Shown: piece after piece, positions 15,201 through 28,893 of the stretch
How the letters are laid out: each line of letters opens with the position of its first letter
Numbering within the stretch: position 1 is the stretch's first letter
DNA from: Neovahlkampfia damariscottae
Taxonomy: Eukaryota
Direction of reading: 5' to 3'
Assembly: GCA_016618085.1 (NCBI GenBank)
Contig: JABLTG010000012.1
Location: 1 to 64,000, forward strand
DNA length: 64,000 nt
Position numbers and translations under genes: made by a program
The notes under the pieces: model-generated
Database searches by the model: none
Told to the model about the DNA's origin: nothing
The model's input: the letters and a program-made list of their open reading frames with translations, nothing else

Positions 15201-15830
15201 TTTTGGTTTTTCAGCAACAACTTCTGTCTTTTCATCTTTTTCAACAACAGGTGTTGTAGGTTTTTTCCATGGTTCTTTTTTGACTTCTGTTTCATTTGTT
15301 GGAGAAGAAGTCTTCTTTTTCTCTAATTCTTTCTTCCAAGCAGGAGTTGGTTTTGAATTCACTTCAGTTTGTTGATCTTCTGAAACAGGTTTTTTCCAAG
15401 AAGGTGTTGAGTTCATTTTTTTTTCTGTTGTTGGTGAAACGTTACTTGAAGAAGATGGTTTCTTGAAACTATCAATTGTATTTCCATTATTTGTAGGAGT
15501 AGATGAATTTGCAACTGTTTTTTGAGGTACATTTTTTTTCCAAGAAGGTACAGGTAATTCTACTTTTTCTTTTTTTGTCTCTTCTGAAGGAACAGGTTTC
15601 TTCCATTTTAGAGTTGGGGTTGTTACTTCTTTTTCTTCAATTTTTTCTTTTTTCCAAGGAGGAATAGATTTCACATCTTCTTCCTTTTTTATTTCTACAG
15701 GTTTTTTCCAAGAAGGTGTTGTATTCATTGTTTTTTCTTCTTTTTTTTCCGGTTTTTTCCAACTTTGTGAATTGGATGTAGAACTTTGATTTTGAAACAT
15801 TTTCATTCTTTCTGCAAAACCAGAAGACAT
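12294..15830 (-). CDS. Large low-complexity K/P/E/S/T-rich protein with many PxWKK repeats
   Basis: Single intronless ORF of ~1180 aa; likely start MSSGFAERM. Confidence 0.9.
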   Translation of the reverse strand: MSSGFAERMKMFQNQSSTSNSQSWKKPEKKEEKTMNTTPSWKKPVEIKKEEDVKSIPPWKKEKIEEKEVTTPTLKWKKPVPSEETKKEKVELPVPSWKKNVPQKTVANSSTPTNNGNTIDSFKKPSSSSNVSPTTEKKMNSTPSWKKPVSEDQQTEVNSKPTPAWKKELEKKKTSSPTNETEVKKEPWKKPTTPVVEKDEKTEVVAEKPKWKKPSPVPAQEAKSDVKNESPKPKWKKPEPTVSVVEKEIEKSKWKKSSPVVASVPVETKNEISKPSWKKPTTPVEKDEKSEVVEKPKWKKPSLVPAQETKSTSSTEAKNETPKPKWKKPEPVVTETKKEVTKPVWKKPTPPAVQKEEIKKETPKWKKPVEKPGVEEKNEGLEKTIPKKQVKFEEPKPEAVVVETKVEEEIKNDIKVEEKSKEVITEKPKLKKPPQASYIQEVEEKSISTPLRSKSLWEKKIEENNSKSVTPIVRSNSETPKWKKPDPMKEETKSVEEKKEVVTEKPKWKNPIPVEEKKEELDSSVPLKPKWKKPSPPVPVEKEETKSTSEVKNEATKPKWKKPEPVPSQETKSTSPTEMKNETPKPKWKKPEPVVTETKKEVMKPPGWKKPPPPQKSVVEKPTEVVQKEEKKEIIEKPKKQVKFTEPTSVEESKMEEEKETNNQVKFTEPTSVEETKVEEEKVKSPAGLTRSKSIWERKQMDNSPSTGSSIGGIQIPTRSSPATSPNTKPITKPSVVTNIGGIKIPPKSSPVASPNSKPMTKTSSISKPIVEEKPSSIKNKPVNLTIDTKEEKMINVTEKKTPVLKKPVVPSQDSKPMNQMELKKETNGLSSKLDKFQKNNMADSKPTPSWKKDFEKKDVGSPTRSKSIWEKKVEENNSKPITPSQRSNTVMKQSETTPKWKKPVVPSQDVKPATQVETKKETNKIGHVNELQSKLGGMQFKSPSGGRSATVMNRKEEVQPELTIEKEEIGKSNGSVKSKFAMFEKKESTTPGTSPKRSLMSRLSFSKKNEKPKSQENSPEISPEQKSPNTDLRRKQLTANELDSVKQDISSVESKWKKRSATTMDSPVNKNLENSNLFLNQKPKSKVEQLGNGLSNGQPFNPFGKPSSNPLERVKKMEEDSPIIESAESHDRVAHGKLEGTELRRPKRKTRKPTKRVNSEDIKKAENERSEVVAFDV

Positions 15831-15937
15831 ATTTGTTTTACCAGAGGTGGAAAGCAAAAAAAAGAATAAATTCACCCAATGAAAATTAACTTTTGATTGA
15901 AGAGCTATAAAAAGAATAAGAAAAATTAAAAAAATTT

Positions 15938-16879
15938 TTATTGTTCATAATCAAATCCAACTGAAAGTTTTGATGATCCTTTTCCATCTTTAAGATCTGA
16001 TAATTTTGTCGCAACTGTGAAGTTAGCTTCAACATTTTTGTTTAATTTTGAAAAAAGAGCAACTGTTGCTGATGTATCTTTTTTAACTTTAGCTTTAACT
16101 TTTGTTTCTTCATTGATTTTAACATTAGCTCCAACTGTAAAGTCATGAGTTTTTTTTTTGAAATCATATTTGAATTCAGAAGCTCCTGTAACATCTGAAT
16201 TGAATTTATGTTGAAGTCCAAGTTTTGCTGCAGACAATTTTTTTTCAACAAGGAGTGCAAAAACTGAGTTGTCTAATTTGTAAGCCATACCGACGTTGTA
16301 TGAGTCAACTTTGTTGTCTTTATCTTGTGGGTGGACTGTGACATCTCCTCCAACTGATAAACCTTCATAAAATCCAGCAGCTGATGCATTAACTTTAAGT
16401 GGTGTACGTTTTCTATAAGTAACACCAACTGTTCCTTTGAAGTGTTCATGGGAATAAGTAACATCAACACCAGCACTGTTTCTGATGATTTTAGCTTCTG
16501 CTTTAGCATCTTTAAGTTCACCTGCATCACTTGATTCAAGAGTACCTTTTAAAACAGCTTTAACACCAACTTCTTTATCTTCAATAGTAACTTCATCTTC
16601 AACGTTTCCGTCTGAGTGAATTTTGACTGAACCGTTGACAGCAGCAAAGTCAGCTGGAATTTTGACGTCATATTTTAATGAAGCTTCAACTGAATCTTCA
16701 TTTCTTGCTGAAGAAAATTCGAATTTCTTTAAAGAAAAAATGTTAAAAAAATATTATTTCAAGTTTACAGCATCTTTTGATGATTTTCCTTTTGCTCCAA
16801 AAGAGAATGAGTCTTCTGCGTATTCTTTATCAAGAACTTGTTTAACTGGTTTGTAGAAATCTTTGAAGAGTGAAGCCAT
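15938..16879 (-). CDS. VDAC: Mitochondrial porin (VDAC family)
   Basis: MASLFKDFYKPVKQVLDKEY N-terminal helix, alternating beta strands, KVKAKV, C-terminal KLSVGFDYE beta signal; one intron near 16720-16767. Confidence 0.85.
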
Positions 16880-17230
16880 TATGTTCGATTATTTTTGTTT
16901 CGATCTAAGGATAATAATTTGATTGGTCAACGTTCAATAAATATCTTCAAAAAAATTTTTTCAAAAAAAAAGTATTGGCTAAAACTATTTACAAACAAAA
17001 TAAAAGAGAGAATGAAACAACATTCTTAGACATATTATACCCTTTTAGTTTTCAATTAAAAATGTTTTTCTGACACTGTTGAAGGGAAATGGTGATGTGG
17101 AATAGGGAATTATTATCTTTCAGTAATTAGAATAAAAAATGAAACTTAAATTTTTGCTTTTTTTTTTTTTGGTTTTGAACTGAAAACAATTTCATTGGTC
17201 AATTGTATAGAGCATTTTTAATTGAGACTA

Positions 17231-18722
17231 ATGGACAAAGACGACATATCCAAAATAAAATATGAGTTTTTTGAATATGAGAATTCACCTATTGAAATAT
17301 CAGACATAGATTCAATAAGGACACAAAATCCTTTATTTTTTCTGGAAGAAGAAGACTTGGATTTTTTTGATTTGAATCTTCCTGAAACATCTGAAGTGGA
17401 AACACCAAAATTAACAGAATTGAAAAAGGATATTATAAGTCAACCAGAAATTCAAACCATAACTCAAAACCAAACTCAAACTCAAACTCAAAACCAACCT
17501 GATGGACAGTTCGAATCAACCACAGCTCCACCAATTCCAATGTTTGGTAATTCTTTTCAAAATGAAAAAAATGTACCATTTTTACAACAACAATATGTAA
17601 GTTTACATTTTTTTATTTTATTTTTTAGTTTTCAAGTAATTTTGTTCAACCACAAGGTTTTATGCAACCAAATACAAATTATACATTTCAACAACCAAAT
17701 ATACCAGAAACAATGAATTATTTTCAAGATGCTCAAACACAATTCCATTTTTTAAATCAAAGACAAGGAATATCAAATGAAGAGACTTTTCAAATGTGGA
17801 ATAATTTTCAACCACAAATTAGAACAGAAATTCAACAACGAACAGTAAATTATATAAAAATCATTGAAGGTTTTAATCAACCATTGAGAGGAAAAAAACA
17901 ACCTGGTGGAAAAGATAATTTAAAACACTTTTTACCGAGACAAACAATTGAATTATCAGTTGATTTATTACCAAAGTAAACATAATTTATAAAACAAAAT
18001 TAATAACTTATAGAACTTTGGATCCAAAGAATTTATCTTGTAGAGCTTCAGTTTGTGGTTTTGACAGAGTTAAAAGAGACCGATTAATTTTGAGTGATTT
18101 AGATGAACAGAAATTTACAGAAGAGAATAATTATAAAATTAACTTTGATGAATTACTTGTGAAGTATTCATCTCATCTTAACGGTCAAAAATTAAGTTTA
18201 AGATTTTCACTTGTAGATTCACAAACAAAAAAATTACTTTCATTTATAGATTCATATGAATTTGAGACAATAACAAAAAGAGGAAAAGAAAGTAAAAAAA
18301 AAAAAAAACTAATAACTCATTTTTGAATAGAACAAGTTGAAAGAGAAAAAAGAAAAAGAACAGAAGATGATGATGATGTTTATATTTCACATGTTTCACC
18401 AAATATAGGTTCTTCAATGGGTGGTCAATTAGTTAAAATATTTGGACATGGTTTTATTTCACCTCCTTTGAATTCAACAATAATTAAGTTTGGAAATACT
18501 TTAGTGAAAGAAATTCATTCAATAAAAAGGAATACAATTGTATGTGAAGTACCACCAGGTGGAATAGGTTCAGTACCAATTTCTGTTTCTTTTGATAAAC
18601 AAAACTTTATCACTTCTGATGCTAATTTTCAATATGTTGATCCAAATACACAAGAAGGTTTAACATTCTTATTACAATCTATGTTTAATCAAAAAAAACC
18701 ATCTATTCAAAAAAAAGAATAA
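17231..18722 (+). CDS. Putative Ig-fold DNA-binding plus IPT/TIG-domain transcription factor
   Basis: Q-rich N-terminus; FDELLVK..G..LRFSL..S.EF segment; basic KRKR; IPT domain ISHVSPNIGSSMGGQLVKIFGHGF..IVCEVPP..FQY. Confidence 0.75.
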
Positions 18723-18764
18723 ATATTTATTTTTCTTGTACAAATCAATTGGTTGGTCAAACAA

Positions 18765-20584
18765 ATGTTTTTGTTCAAAAAATTCTTGTGTCATTCACAG
18801 AAGAAAAATTATTCAAAAAAATTTGATTCAATTATAATAGGTGGTGGTCATAATGGTATAATATTATTATAGTTTTAATGAATCAAAGGATTGATTTGTG
18901 GATCATATTTAGGAAAAGCAGGTGAAAAAGTAAAAAAAAAAAAAACAAAGAAATTAAAAAATTAGGTTTTAATTTTAGAAAGAAGACCATTTGTAGGGGG
19001 TGCTGCCGTTACAGAAGAAAGTTCAATTTTTAGTTTTTTTTAATTTGTTTAAAAGTAATTCCTGGTTTTAAATTTTCAAGAGCTTCTTATTTATGTAGTC
19101 TATTAAGGAATGAAATTATAGAACAATTAGAATTAAAAACAAAATATGGATTAGAATTAATTCCAAGGTTTGAAAAAAAAAAAAAAATTCAATTGTATCA
19201 GAGATCCTTCTTCATTTACTCCACTTTTAAATGGAAAATATTTAATGCTTGGACACAACAAAGAATTTAATAAAGAGGAGATTTCAAAATTTTCAAAAAA
19301 AGATGCGGAAAATTATCCAAAATATGAAGAGTATTTAAATAAGTTTGTAAAAGCCATAAATCCAATACTTGATATAGCACCACTTGAAATGAATGGTCCT
19401 TTAATGGAACAATCAGATTCAATTAAAGTTCTTTTAAATTCAGCTGTAAGAAAATTAGGTTTAAAAAATATTCCTGATTTAATGGAAATATTAACTTCAC
19501 CATCAACTAAAATATTAAATCGTTGGTTTGAATCAGAACCATTACTATCAACATTGGCAACTGATGCTATTATTGGAGCAATGATTTCACCATCAGATCA
19601 TGGAAGTAGTTATGTTTTATTACATCGTAAGAGGAAATATAAGGCATTAAACATTTAGATATTATGGGAGATGCAGGCCCAGGTGGAATATGGTGCTATG
19701 TTAAAGGTGGAATGGGTGCAATATCAGATGCTATTGCAAATTGTGCAAAAGATAATAATGTTGAAATTGAATGTAATCAACAAGTCAAATCAATAATTAT
19801 TGAAAACAAAAAGGCAAAAGGTGTAATTTTATCAAACGGAACTAAAATTTATTCAAATAATGTAATATCAAATTGCAATGCTTATACAACTTATTTAGAA
19901 TTAACAGACAAAAATGAATTACCAAATGAATTTGTCAAAGATATTGATTCAATTGATTTTTCTTCTGCAACTTTTAAGATTAATCTTGCTGTTGATTCAC
20001 TTCCAAATTTTTCTTGTATTCCAACAGTAAATAATGAACCAGGACCACAACATAGAGGAACAATTCATTTTATTGAAAATATGGAACAAATTGAGCAAGG
20101 ATATAGAGATGCAATTCAAAGGAGACCTTCTACATATCCAATTATTGAGATGACAATCCCAAGCTCGTTGGATAATACAATTTCACCAAAAGGGAAACAT
20201 GTAGTTCAATTATTTACACAATATGCACCTTATAGATTAGAAGCTGGAAAAAGTTGGGATGATGAAGGAAGAAGAGAAGAGTACGCACAAAATTGTTATG
20301 ATGTAATTGAAAAGTATTGTCCTGGATTCCAAAAATCAATCATTGGTGAAGATTTGTTGAGTCCTTTAGATTTAGAAAGAATATTTGGATTGAAAGGTGG
20401 AAATATTTCTCATGGATCAATGTCCTTAGATCAATTATTTTGGTATCGTCCTACAAAAGGATATTCAAGATATTCATCACCAATTGATGGATTATTTATA
20501 TGTGGATCTGGAGCACACCCTGGTGGTGGTGTGATGGGTGCAGCTGGAAGAAATTGTGCAAATATTATTTTAAATAAAAAATAA
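18765..20584 (+). CDS. PYROXD2: Pyridine nucleotide-disulfide oxidoreductase domain protein 2
   Basis: [51 protein letters not shown]. Confidence 0.95.
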
Positions 20585-20589
20585 AATAA

Positions 20590-21791
20590 TCAAACATTTA
20601 TGTGAAATAGTTTATCCAATAAAAATGCAGTCGCAAAACCTGTTCCACTTGCAATCAATCCAACAAGAACTGTGAATGCAATTGAAATATACCATTTTTG
20701 ATCCGAAAATTTTGAACGAAGAAAACCCATAAAAACTATCAGAAAAAGAGTTAACATCATGAAAATTCAAACCTAAGGTGACAAATGTAATGATAATGTC
20801 AATTGAAAAGATAATTATTTTTGCAGGTTGAGATGCTTCATGTTTCATAAAAATAAAGATTGGTGTAATTATAATATAAATCAATAATGGAATAATACCT
20901 TTTGGAAGTTTAGAAAATTTGATTTTACCAAATAAAATAAATGAACCAAAATTAATCAATCCATTCTTTAAAGGACCCCATGGATCCACAACAGGTTTTA
21001 AACCAAGTTCTTGTACCATCATAACATCAACAAATGCTTGTTTATTTTCTGACATTAATTCAACCATACTCGAGGCTGTTTCTCGATTCAATCCTTTATT
21101 TTCATAAATATCAATCATTTCATCTTTTTCACCTTTTAAAAAGTTTTCACATTCCCATAATTCTCTCTTTCTTTGAAAATTAAGAATAAAAAGAATCATC
21201 TTTACCTTTCAATCGCAATTAAATCAAGTTCTGTTTTTTTTTTTATATAAATTTGTTCTTACCAGCTTTGGATGCCATAAAATCACCTATTCCCATTGAA
21301 ATAGCTCCAGACATTAATTTTGCAAAACTAATTGTTATTTAAAATTGTAAGATAAATTATTACCCAATAATTAAGACTACAGTCATTCCAGCATTTCCAC
21401 TAAAAACTGTTGCTACAGTTACAAATATTGAACTGACACCATCCATTCCACCGTAACATGCTTTTTTTTATTTAAAAATTTAAATGAAAAAACCTGATTT
21501 TAGAACGTCTGTTAAAGAAAATGAAGAATCAGATTTTGGTGATGAAGATTGATTTTCAACAGAAGGTACATCAATATCTACAACTTCAAATGTTTCTGTT
21601 AATTCATCATTTGTGTCTGTTTCATCTTCAAGAGGAAAATGTTCATCTTGATTATCGAGAGCACTACCAAACTTATCCAAAGACCTGATGATATCTGAAG
21701 TATTTGGTGTGCTTGGTGTTGCATTAAATTCTGATTCAGACCTATCCACGGTCTCAATATTCATGGACATTGCATCAAACTCCGAATTCAT
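20590..21791 (-). CDS. VIT1/CCC1 family vacuolar iron/manganese transporter (paralog 1)
   Basis: Spliced KSACYGGMDG, SGAISMGIGDF, KRELWECEN, MMVQELGL, PLKNGL..FGSF..FG. Confidence 0.9.
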
Positions 21792-21955
21792 TGTTTTTTT
21801 TTATCCAATCATTTAGCTTCGAAGCTCAAAATTAAAGAAAAAAAAGAAACATTCCTTTCAATTGAAATAATATGAAAAATACTAAAAAAACTCCGAATTA
21901 CTTATGCAATTTCATTGGTTAATCTTGCCGTCAATTTTCGAAAGAATCACGAAAG

Positions 21956-22373
21956 ATGCAGAGACTGGAAAAAGAAGAATGGATGGATGACTTCTGTGAT
22001 TGTAATAAAATCAAAAATGACTAAATATTTTGAACAGGCACAAAAGATTCAGCTGAAAATTGTTTGAAGGCAACTTTGTGTTCATGTTGTGCAGCAGCTG
22101 AAGCAAAATCAAGAGCAGATGGTTCCAATTGTTACCTTTGGTCTCTTATTCAAATTTGTTTTTGCCCAGTAAAAAAATCAAACCAACTTTTTATTTTTTT
22201 TTTAGCCTTTAACAACATTTTATGTTCATTATAAATTCAGAAATACATATAATATTCAAGGAAACGCTTGTACTGATTGCCTTGGAACATTATGCGCACC
22301 TTGTTCAGTTTCAAGAATGTTGAGAGAATCTGAATTTCGGGGTCAAGCAACAAGAAGTAATTTAATGGAATAA
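21956..22373 (+). CDS. PLAC8-family cysteine-rich protein
   Basis: Spliced WMDDFCDC..CLKATLCSCC, RNTYNIQGNACTDCLGTLCAPCSVSRMLRE. Confidence 0.85.
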
Positions 22374-22387
22374 AAAAAAGAATGTAT

Positions 22388-24874
22388 TTATTCATTTGAT
22401 TCTTTCATCAAAAATTCAACCCATAATTGTGAAAAACTTCTTTGTTTTTCAGATAATTTTGAATTAGGAGAAGTAGGAGGGCCAGTTGAAGAAAACCAAC
22501 CTGAAATATATCCAGTTGATGATTTCCCTGTTATCCAATCTAATTTTTCTTTTTCAAAATTTGTTAATCTTAAAGTAGATGATAACAAATTCAATACTTG
22601 ATCTTCCTTATTTTCAAGATATCTCAATAATAAATTAATTATAATTCTTCTATCCACTAAATTTATATCATTTACACGTGCTATTGATTCTTGTAACATT
22701 TGATAAAAATAATTTGATTTCAAAATTGACTTATTTAATGTTTCTTTCATTTTATAATACTCATCTTCCATTGAAATTAAATTTTCATTTTTTTGTTTTA
22801 ATTCATTTGAAAGTGTTTCAAATTTATTTAAATTTACTTTTAATGTCTCAATTTCTTGTTTTTTCTTTTCAATATTTTTTTCTAATTTTAGAATTTCTTG
22901 TTGAGATTCTTCTTGAAATACTTCGAGTACATTCTCGAAATCATTCAAAGCTTTTTCGTTCTCATCTAAAACTCTATTTTTTTTATTTATTTCAAATTGT
23001 AATGAAGAAATCTCACTTTCATAATTTGATATTTGTCCAATCAAATCTTCATACTTTTTCTCTTCATCTCCCATACTAAAAATTAAGTTTTACATAAATT
23101 TTATAACTCACATGCTTTGATTTTTCATTAATTCTAAATCTAATAATTCCTGTGATTTCACAAAATCTTCTTTTGATTTTTCTAATGCTTGTTCTATACG
23201 TATATTTTGTTTTGTCAATTTATCGATTTTTTTGTTTAAAACATCAATAGTATCTTGATAATTCATTTTTGTTTCTTTCAATTTGAAATTTAATTCATTT
23301 AATTCAATATTTAATCTTTCAATTTTTCTGAAAATTTAACATTTACTTCATATATCTTACACTGATTTTTCTTCACTTTTTGCTTTATATGTTTGAACAT
23401 CTGTTTGTAAAGATCCAATTTGTGAACTTGAATTATTTTTTGCATTATTCATTTTTTCTTGAAAAGACTTCAATAAATTTGCTTTTTCTTCTGTTAAATT
23501 TACATTGATTGTATTTAAAATTTCATTTTTTTCCTTTGATTCTAATAATTCAATTAAAATCTTAATCAATTGCTCAACCGTTTGAAAATCACATGGAACT
23601 TCTGGATTTATTGAGAACTCTTTACAAAGACTTGGATTTTTTGTTAATTCTTTAACACACAATAGAGTATTAAAATTAGTAACTTTTTGAGACAATGAGT
23701 CTAAAATTTGATTTAAAATATCTTCTTTTTCTTCAATTCTGACACCATATTGATTTAATAGGTTCATTATTTTTTCTTGAAATTGTTGGAATTCTTTGGA
23801 GATTTCTTGATTGGATAACTCTTTTTTTTTATTTTCTTCTTCTAAATGATGTAATTTTAAATTTTGATTTTTTAAAAATTCAATTGATTCAGTTAAATTT
23901 AATTTTGATCCTTCTGTCAGAATCAACAACTGTTTTTCAATCATTCCATTTTCGTTCATTATATTTTTATTGGTCATTTGATTTTCCATCATTTTTTGTT
24001 CAACGTTTTCTAATTTTTTTGTAAAATTCATTTGAAATAAATGTATTTTTGATAAAACTATTGAAAAAGAATTAATGATATTTTTTTTAAAAATTACATT
24101 CTTCTTGTTCTTCCTCATCTGAACCTTCAATTTCGTTCATAATTTCTTCAATAATTTCGAAATATTCTTTTGATGTTTGTATTTTATTTTCACAAGTACT
24201 TTTCTCTTCTATTTTTGATTGTTCATCAGAATACGCATTTTCTTGGTTATTTTCTTCTTTTTTTATTGTAGGAGAGTTTTCTTCTTCAATTTCTTTGTTC
24301 ATTTCTTTTTCATTCTCCTTTTGATCTTTTTTCAAATTTTCATATTTTTCTTTTGTTTTATTCAGTTTGTCCATTTTTAGTTTCATTCTTTTTTTCGTTT
24401 CTTCTTCTTTTGTATTAATAATTTTCAAAAAATTGGAAAAGAATTTTTTGATATCTTCGATTTCGGAAATATTTGATTCATTTTCACCTTTTAAATTCAA
24501 AGAGACACTCTTTGTCAAATTGATATCTTCTTCTTTTAAATATTTTTAATCAATAATTTCTTACCAATTTTATTCCCAGACAAGAGTTGTTTTTTTAGAA
24601 TTTTAATTTCTTCATCTTTTTTTTCTAATATAGTTTGAAATTCTTTGTGTTGATTTTTAAATTGTTCTTCAAAAGATTCACTTAATTTTTTTAAGTTTTC
24701 ATTTTTTTCTTGAAGGTTCAATTGTAATTCTTCAATTTGTTGTTGATTTGTTTGTTGTAACCTTCTGGGTGTTATTTTTTGAATTTGATTTTCTTCATCT
24801 TCCTCATCTTCTTCTTTTAATACTTCAGTGGTGAACTCTTGTATTCCTTTTGTGAAACTGTTCCAGTAAGACAT
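22388..24874 (-). CDS. Coiled-coil golgin with C-terminal GRAB-like domain (GMAP-210/Rud3-like)
   Basis: Long coiled coil; NLVDRRIIINLLLRYL..VLNLLSSTL; SFSQLWVEFLMKES; aromatic N-terminal MSYWNSF. Confidence 0.75.
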
Positions 24875-24974
24875 TCACCAAGTTTTTATTCAAAAATACT
24901 CCAATTCAGATTATTGGTCAATTTTTTATTTTAGAAGCTTTTACTTTTTTTCAAGGTCTGTGAAAAGAATCAAA

Positions 24975-27345
24975 ATGATTCAATTATCAAAAGAGAAATA
25001 TGATTCCCTTGTAGCTGAGTTTCATAAATTAAAAAATTCAAATTCAAAATATCAACAAGAATTAGAAATTGTAACAATGGAAAAAAAAAAAAAGTTTTTA
25101 ACAAATTTTCAAAGAATCACAAAGAAATTGATGGTTTGAATAAAAAATTAAAAGAAAAAGAGAAAGAAATGAAAAAAAAACAACAAAAAATGGAAACTGT
25201 GGAATATAATAATCAAAGGTTGGAAAAAAGACTTGCACAGTTGATGTTTGATTTTGATGATCATCAAAAAAATAAGAGAGAATCTTCTTTTTTTTCTTTT
25301 TTTGGTCGAAGTAAAAACCAGAAAATATTTTAAAACTAAAACTATAGATCCTTCGAATGAAGAACAATTACAAAAAGAATTAGAAGTCGCAAGAGAAGAA
25401 TTATCACAAAAAATTAAAGAAATATCACGTTTGAACAAGATCATTTTCGATATGAAAAATTCAAAAGAAAAAGACATTCTCAATCTTGAAATTGAAAAAT
25501 TGTAACTGACAAAAATTTTTAAATTTTCAAAAGAAAGGAGAAATTAAATTCTGAAGCTAAAAAGAATGAAGATGCCATTGTAGAAATTGAAAAATTAAAA
25601 AATTCTAATATAAAATTAAAAGCTGAATTAAAATTAAAAGATAATGCTTTAATTAGTGATTCTGAAAATTATTTTAATCAATTAAATATACCTGCTTATG
25701 AAAAAAAGCAAGATAAAAGAGAAATACTTCAAGAAATTTTATTAAAATCAAATGATTTAATTCAAGTGGCAAATTTATTGGATGAGCATTTAATTAGACG
25801 ACATTTACCTTTAAAAAAGAATAGTCATTTAAATGAATTTTTTCATAAAAAATTAAATTTTAATCAAAATTTAAAAGAATTTAGGTAGGAACAAAATTAA
25901 TTAAATTTTTCAAAAGATATTGGATGGAAATATCAGAAATTCTATTTTTAAAATTTATAATTCTCTTTGAAAATCATAACGTTGTTGGAAGTGATAACTT
26001 TGAATTTAAATTTTATAATATCTCATTTAAGCACTCAAATTTAATTTCCAAATTTGCCAAATTTTTCGATTTTTTAGAAGAAATTATTGAAAAATATGAA
26101 AAGTATCATTTTAATAAAACTACAAAAGAAAAGAGAGTTTGTAGAAAACAAAGAATGAATTTTTCAGAAAGCGAAGAATTCTTTTCTTCAAGTTTATCTA
26201 CAACTTTAAATTTACCTTTGATCGATTTTTTTGAATCATTTAAAATATTCTCAAATGAATTAAAAGTTTATTTGAAAGAAGAGAACAATGACGGAATTTT
26301 AAATTTAATTCAAAAATTTGAAGATGAATTATATACTTTGACTCAATTAGAATTAAATAGAAGTGATTCTCAACAAACTAAAAACATAAATATTGCCAAT
26401 CAAAATGGATCAAATTCACCTAGTTCCTTGAATTATTTTAAAGATGGAAATTCTGAAATTGTGAATTTAAAAAAACGTTCAGTAGCCTTCAAAACATTAA
26501 TAAATGAAAATTTAAAATTAGAATTAAACAACTTAAATGAAAACCAAATTATATCACAAGAAGATGCTGTTGAATATAGATCACAAACAATTGAATTGAA
26601 TGAAATGATTTTAAAATTAAAAGAAAAAATCAAAGATCAAAAATTAGAAATCTTAAGATTTCAAAATGAATTAGAAAATTGTAGAAATTTAAATTTATCA
26701 TATGAAAAAGAATGTTATGATGTTTTTGTAAAATTACAAATGATTTTACAACAATACACAGAATTAGATTCAAATCAAATTGTCCAATTATCAAACGAAG
26801 AGAATATTTCTTCATCCTTTTCAAATTTTTATCATTTTGTGAAAAACATAATTCAACATCTTCAAAAGGAATTAGATCGTGTTAATGCTGAAAGATCAAA
26901 ATTACAAAATTTATTGACCAAATCATTGTTATCCAAATCAAAAAATTCATCCAACGAAATTTCAGAAGAAGATCAAGAAGAAGAAGGGTCAATACAACAA
27001 GAATCATCATTATTGATCAAAGAAGTTAAAATTTCTGAAGATGATTTTTTTTCTTCAGAATCTGTTGATAGAGAACATCGTTTAAAAGAAAAATATGAAA
27101 CAAAAATTAATTATCTTTTGGGTCAAATTGAAGCATGTGACTTAAAAAGTTGTGATTATAGAATTCAATGGCAATTAGCTGTTTCAGAATTGGAAGAATC
27201 TTCAAAAATTGAAAAACAATTATCTGTTCAATTGACTCATTTGAGAGATATTTTAGAGCAAACACAAGATGAATTGAACACAACAAAAATTAATTATGAA
27301 AATCAAATTGCTCTTTTATCTTTAAAATTAACATCGGATCAATAA
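24975..27345 (+). CDS. PPP1R21: PPP1R21/KLRAQ1-like coiled-coil protein (FERRY subunit)
   Basis: N-terminal KYDSLVAEFHKLK, YNNQRLEKR; C-terminal DELNTTKINYENQIALLS resembles TTKRSYEDQ domain. Confidence 0.75.
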
Positions 27346-27380
27346 ATTCTTTTTTCAAAACTTAACGAATAATATTGATT

Positions 27381-28859
<1,479 letters not shown>

Positions 28860-28893
28860 ATTCTCAGAGGATTGGTGGAAAATTATTCATCCA

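Noticed and set aside
15938..16879. VDAC appearing fragmented in the ORF track
   Set aside because: One intron plus absence of in-frame start codons explains it; the frame is continuous
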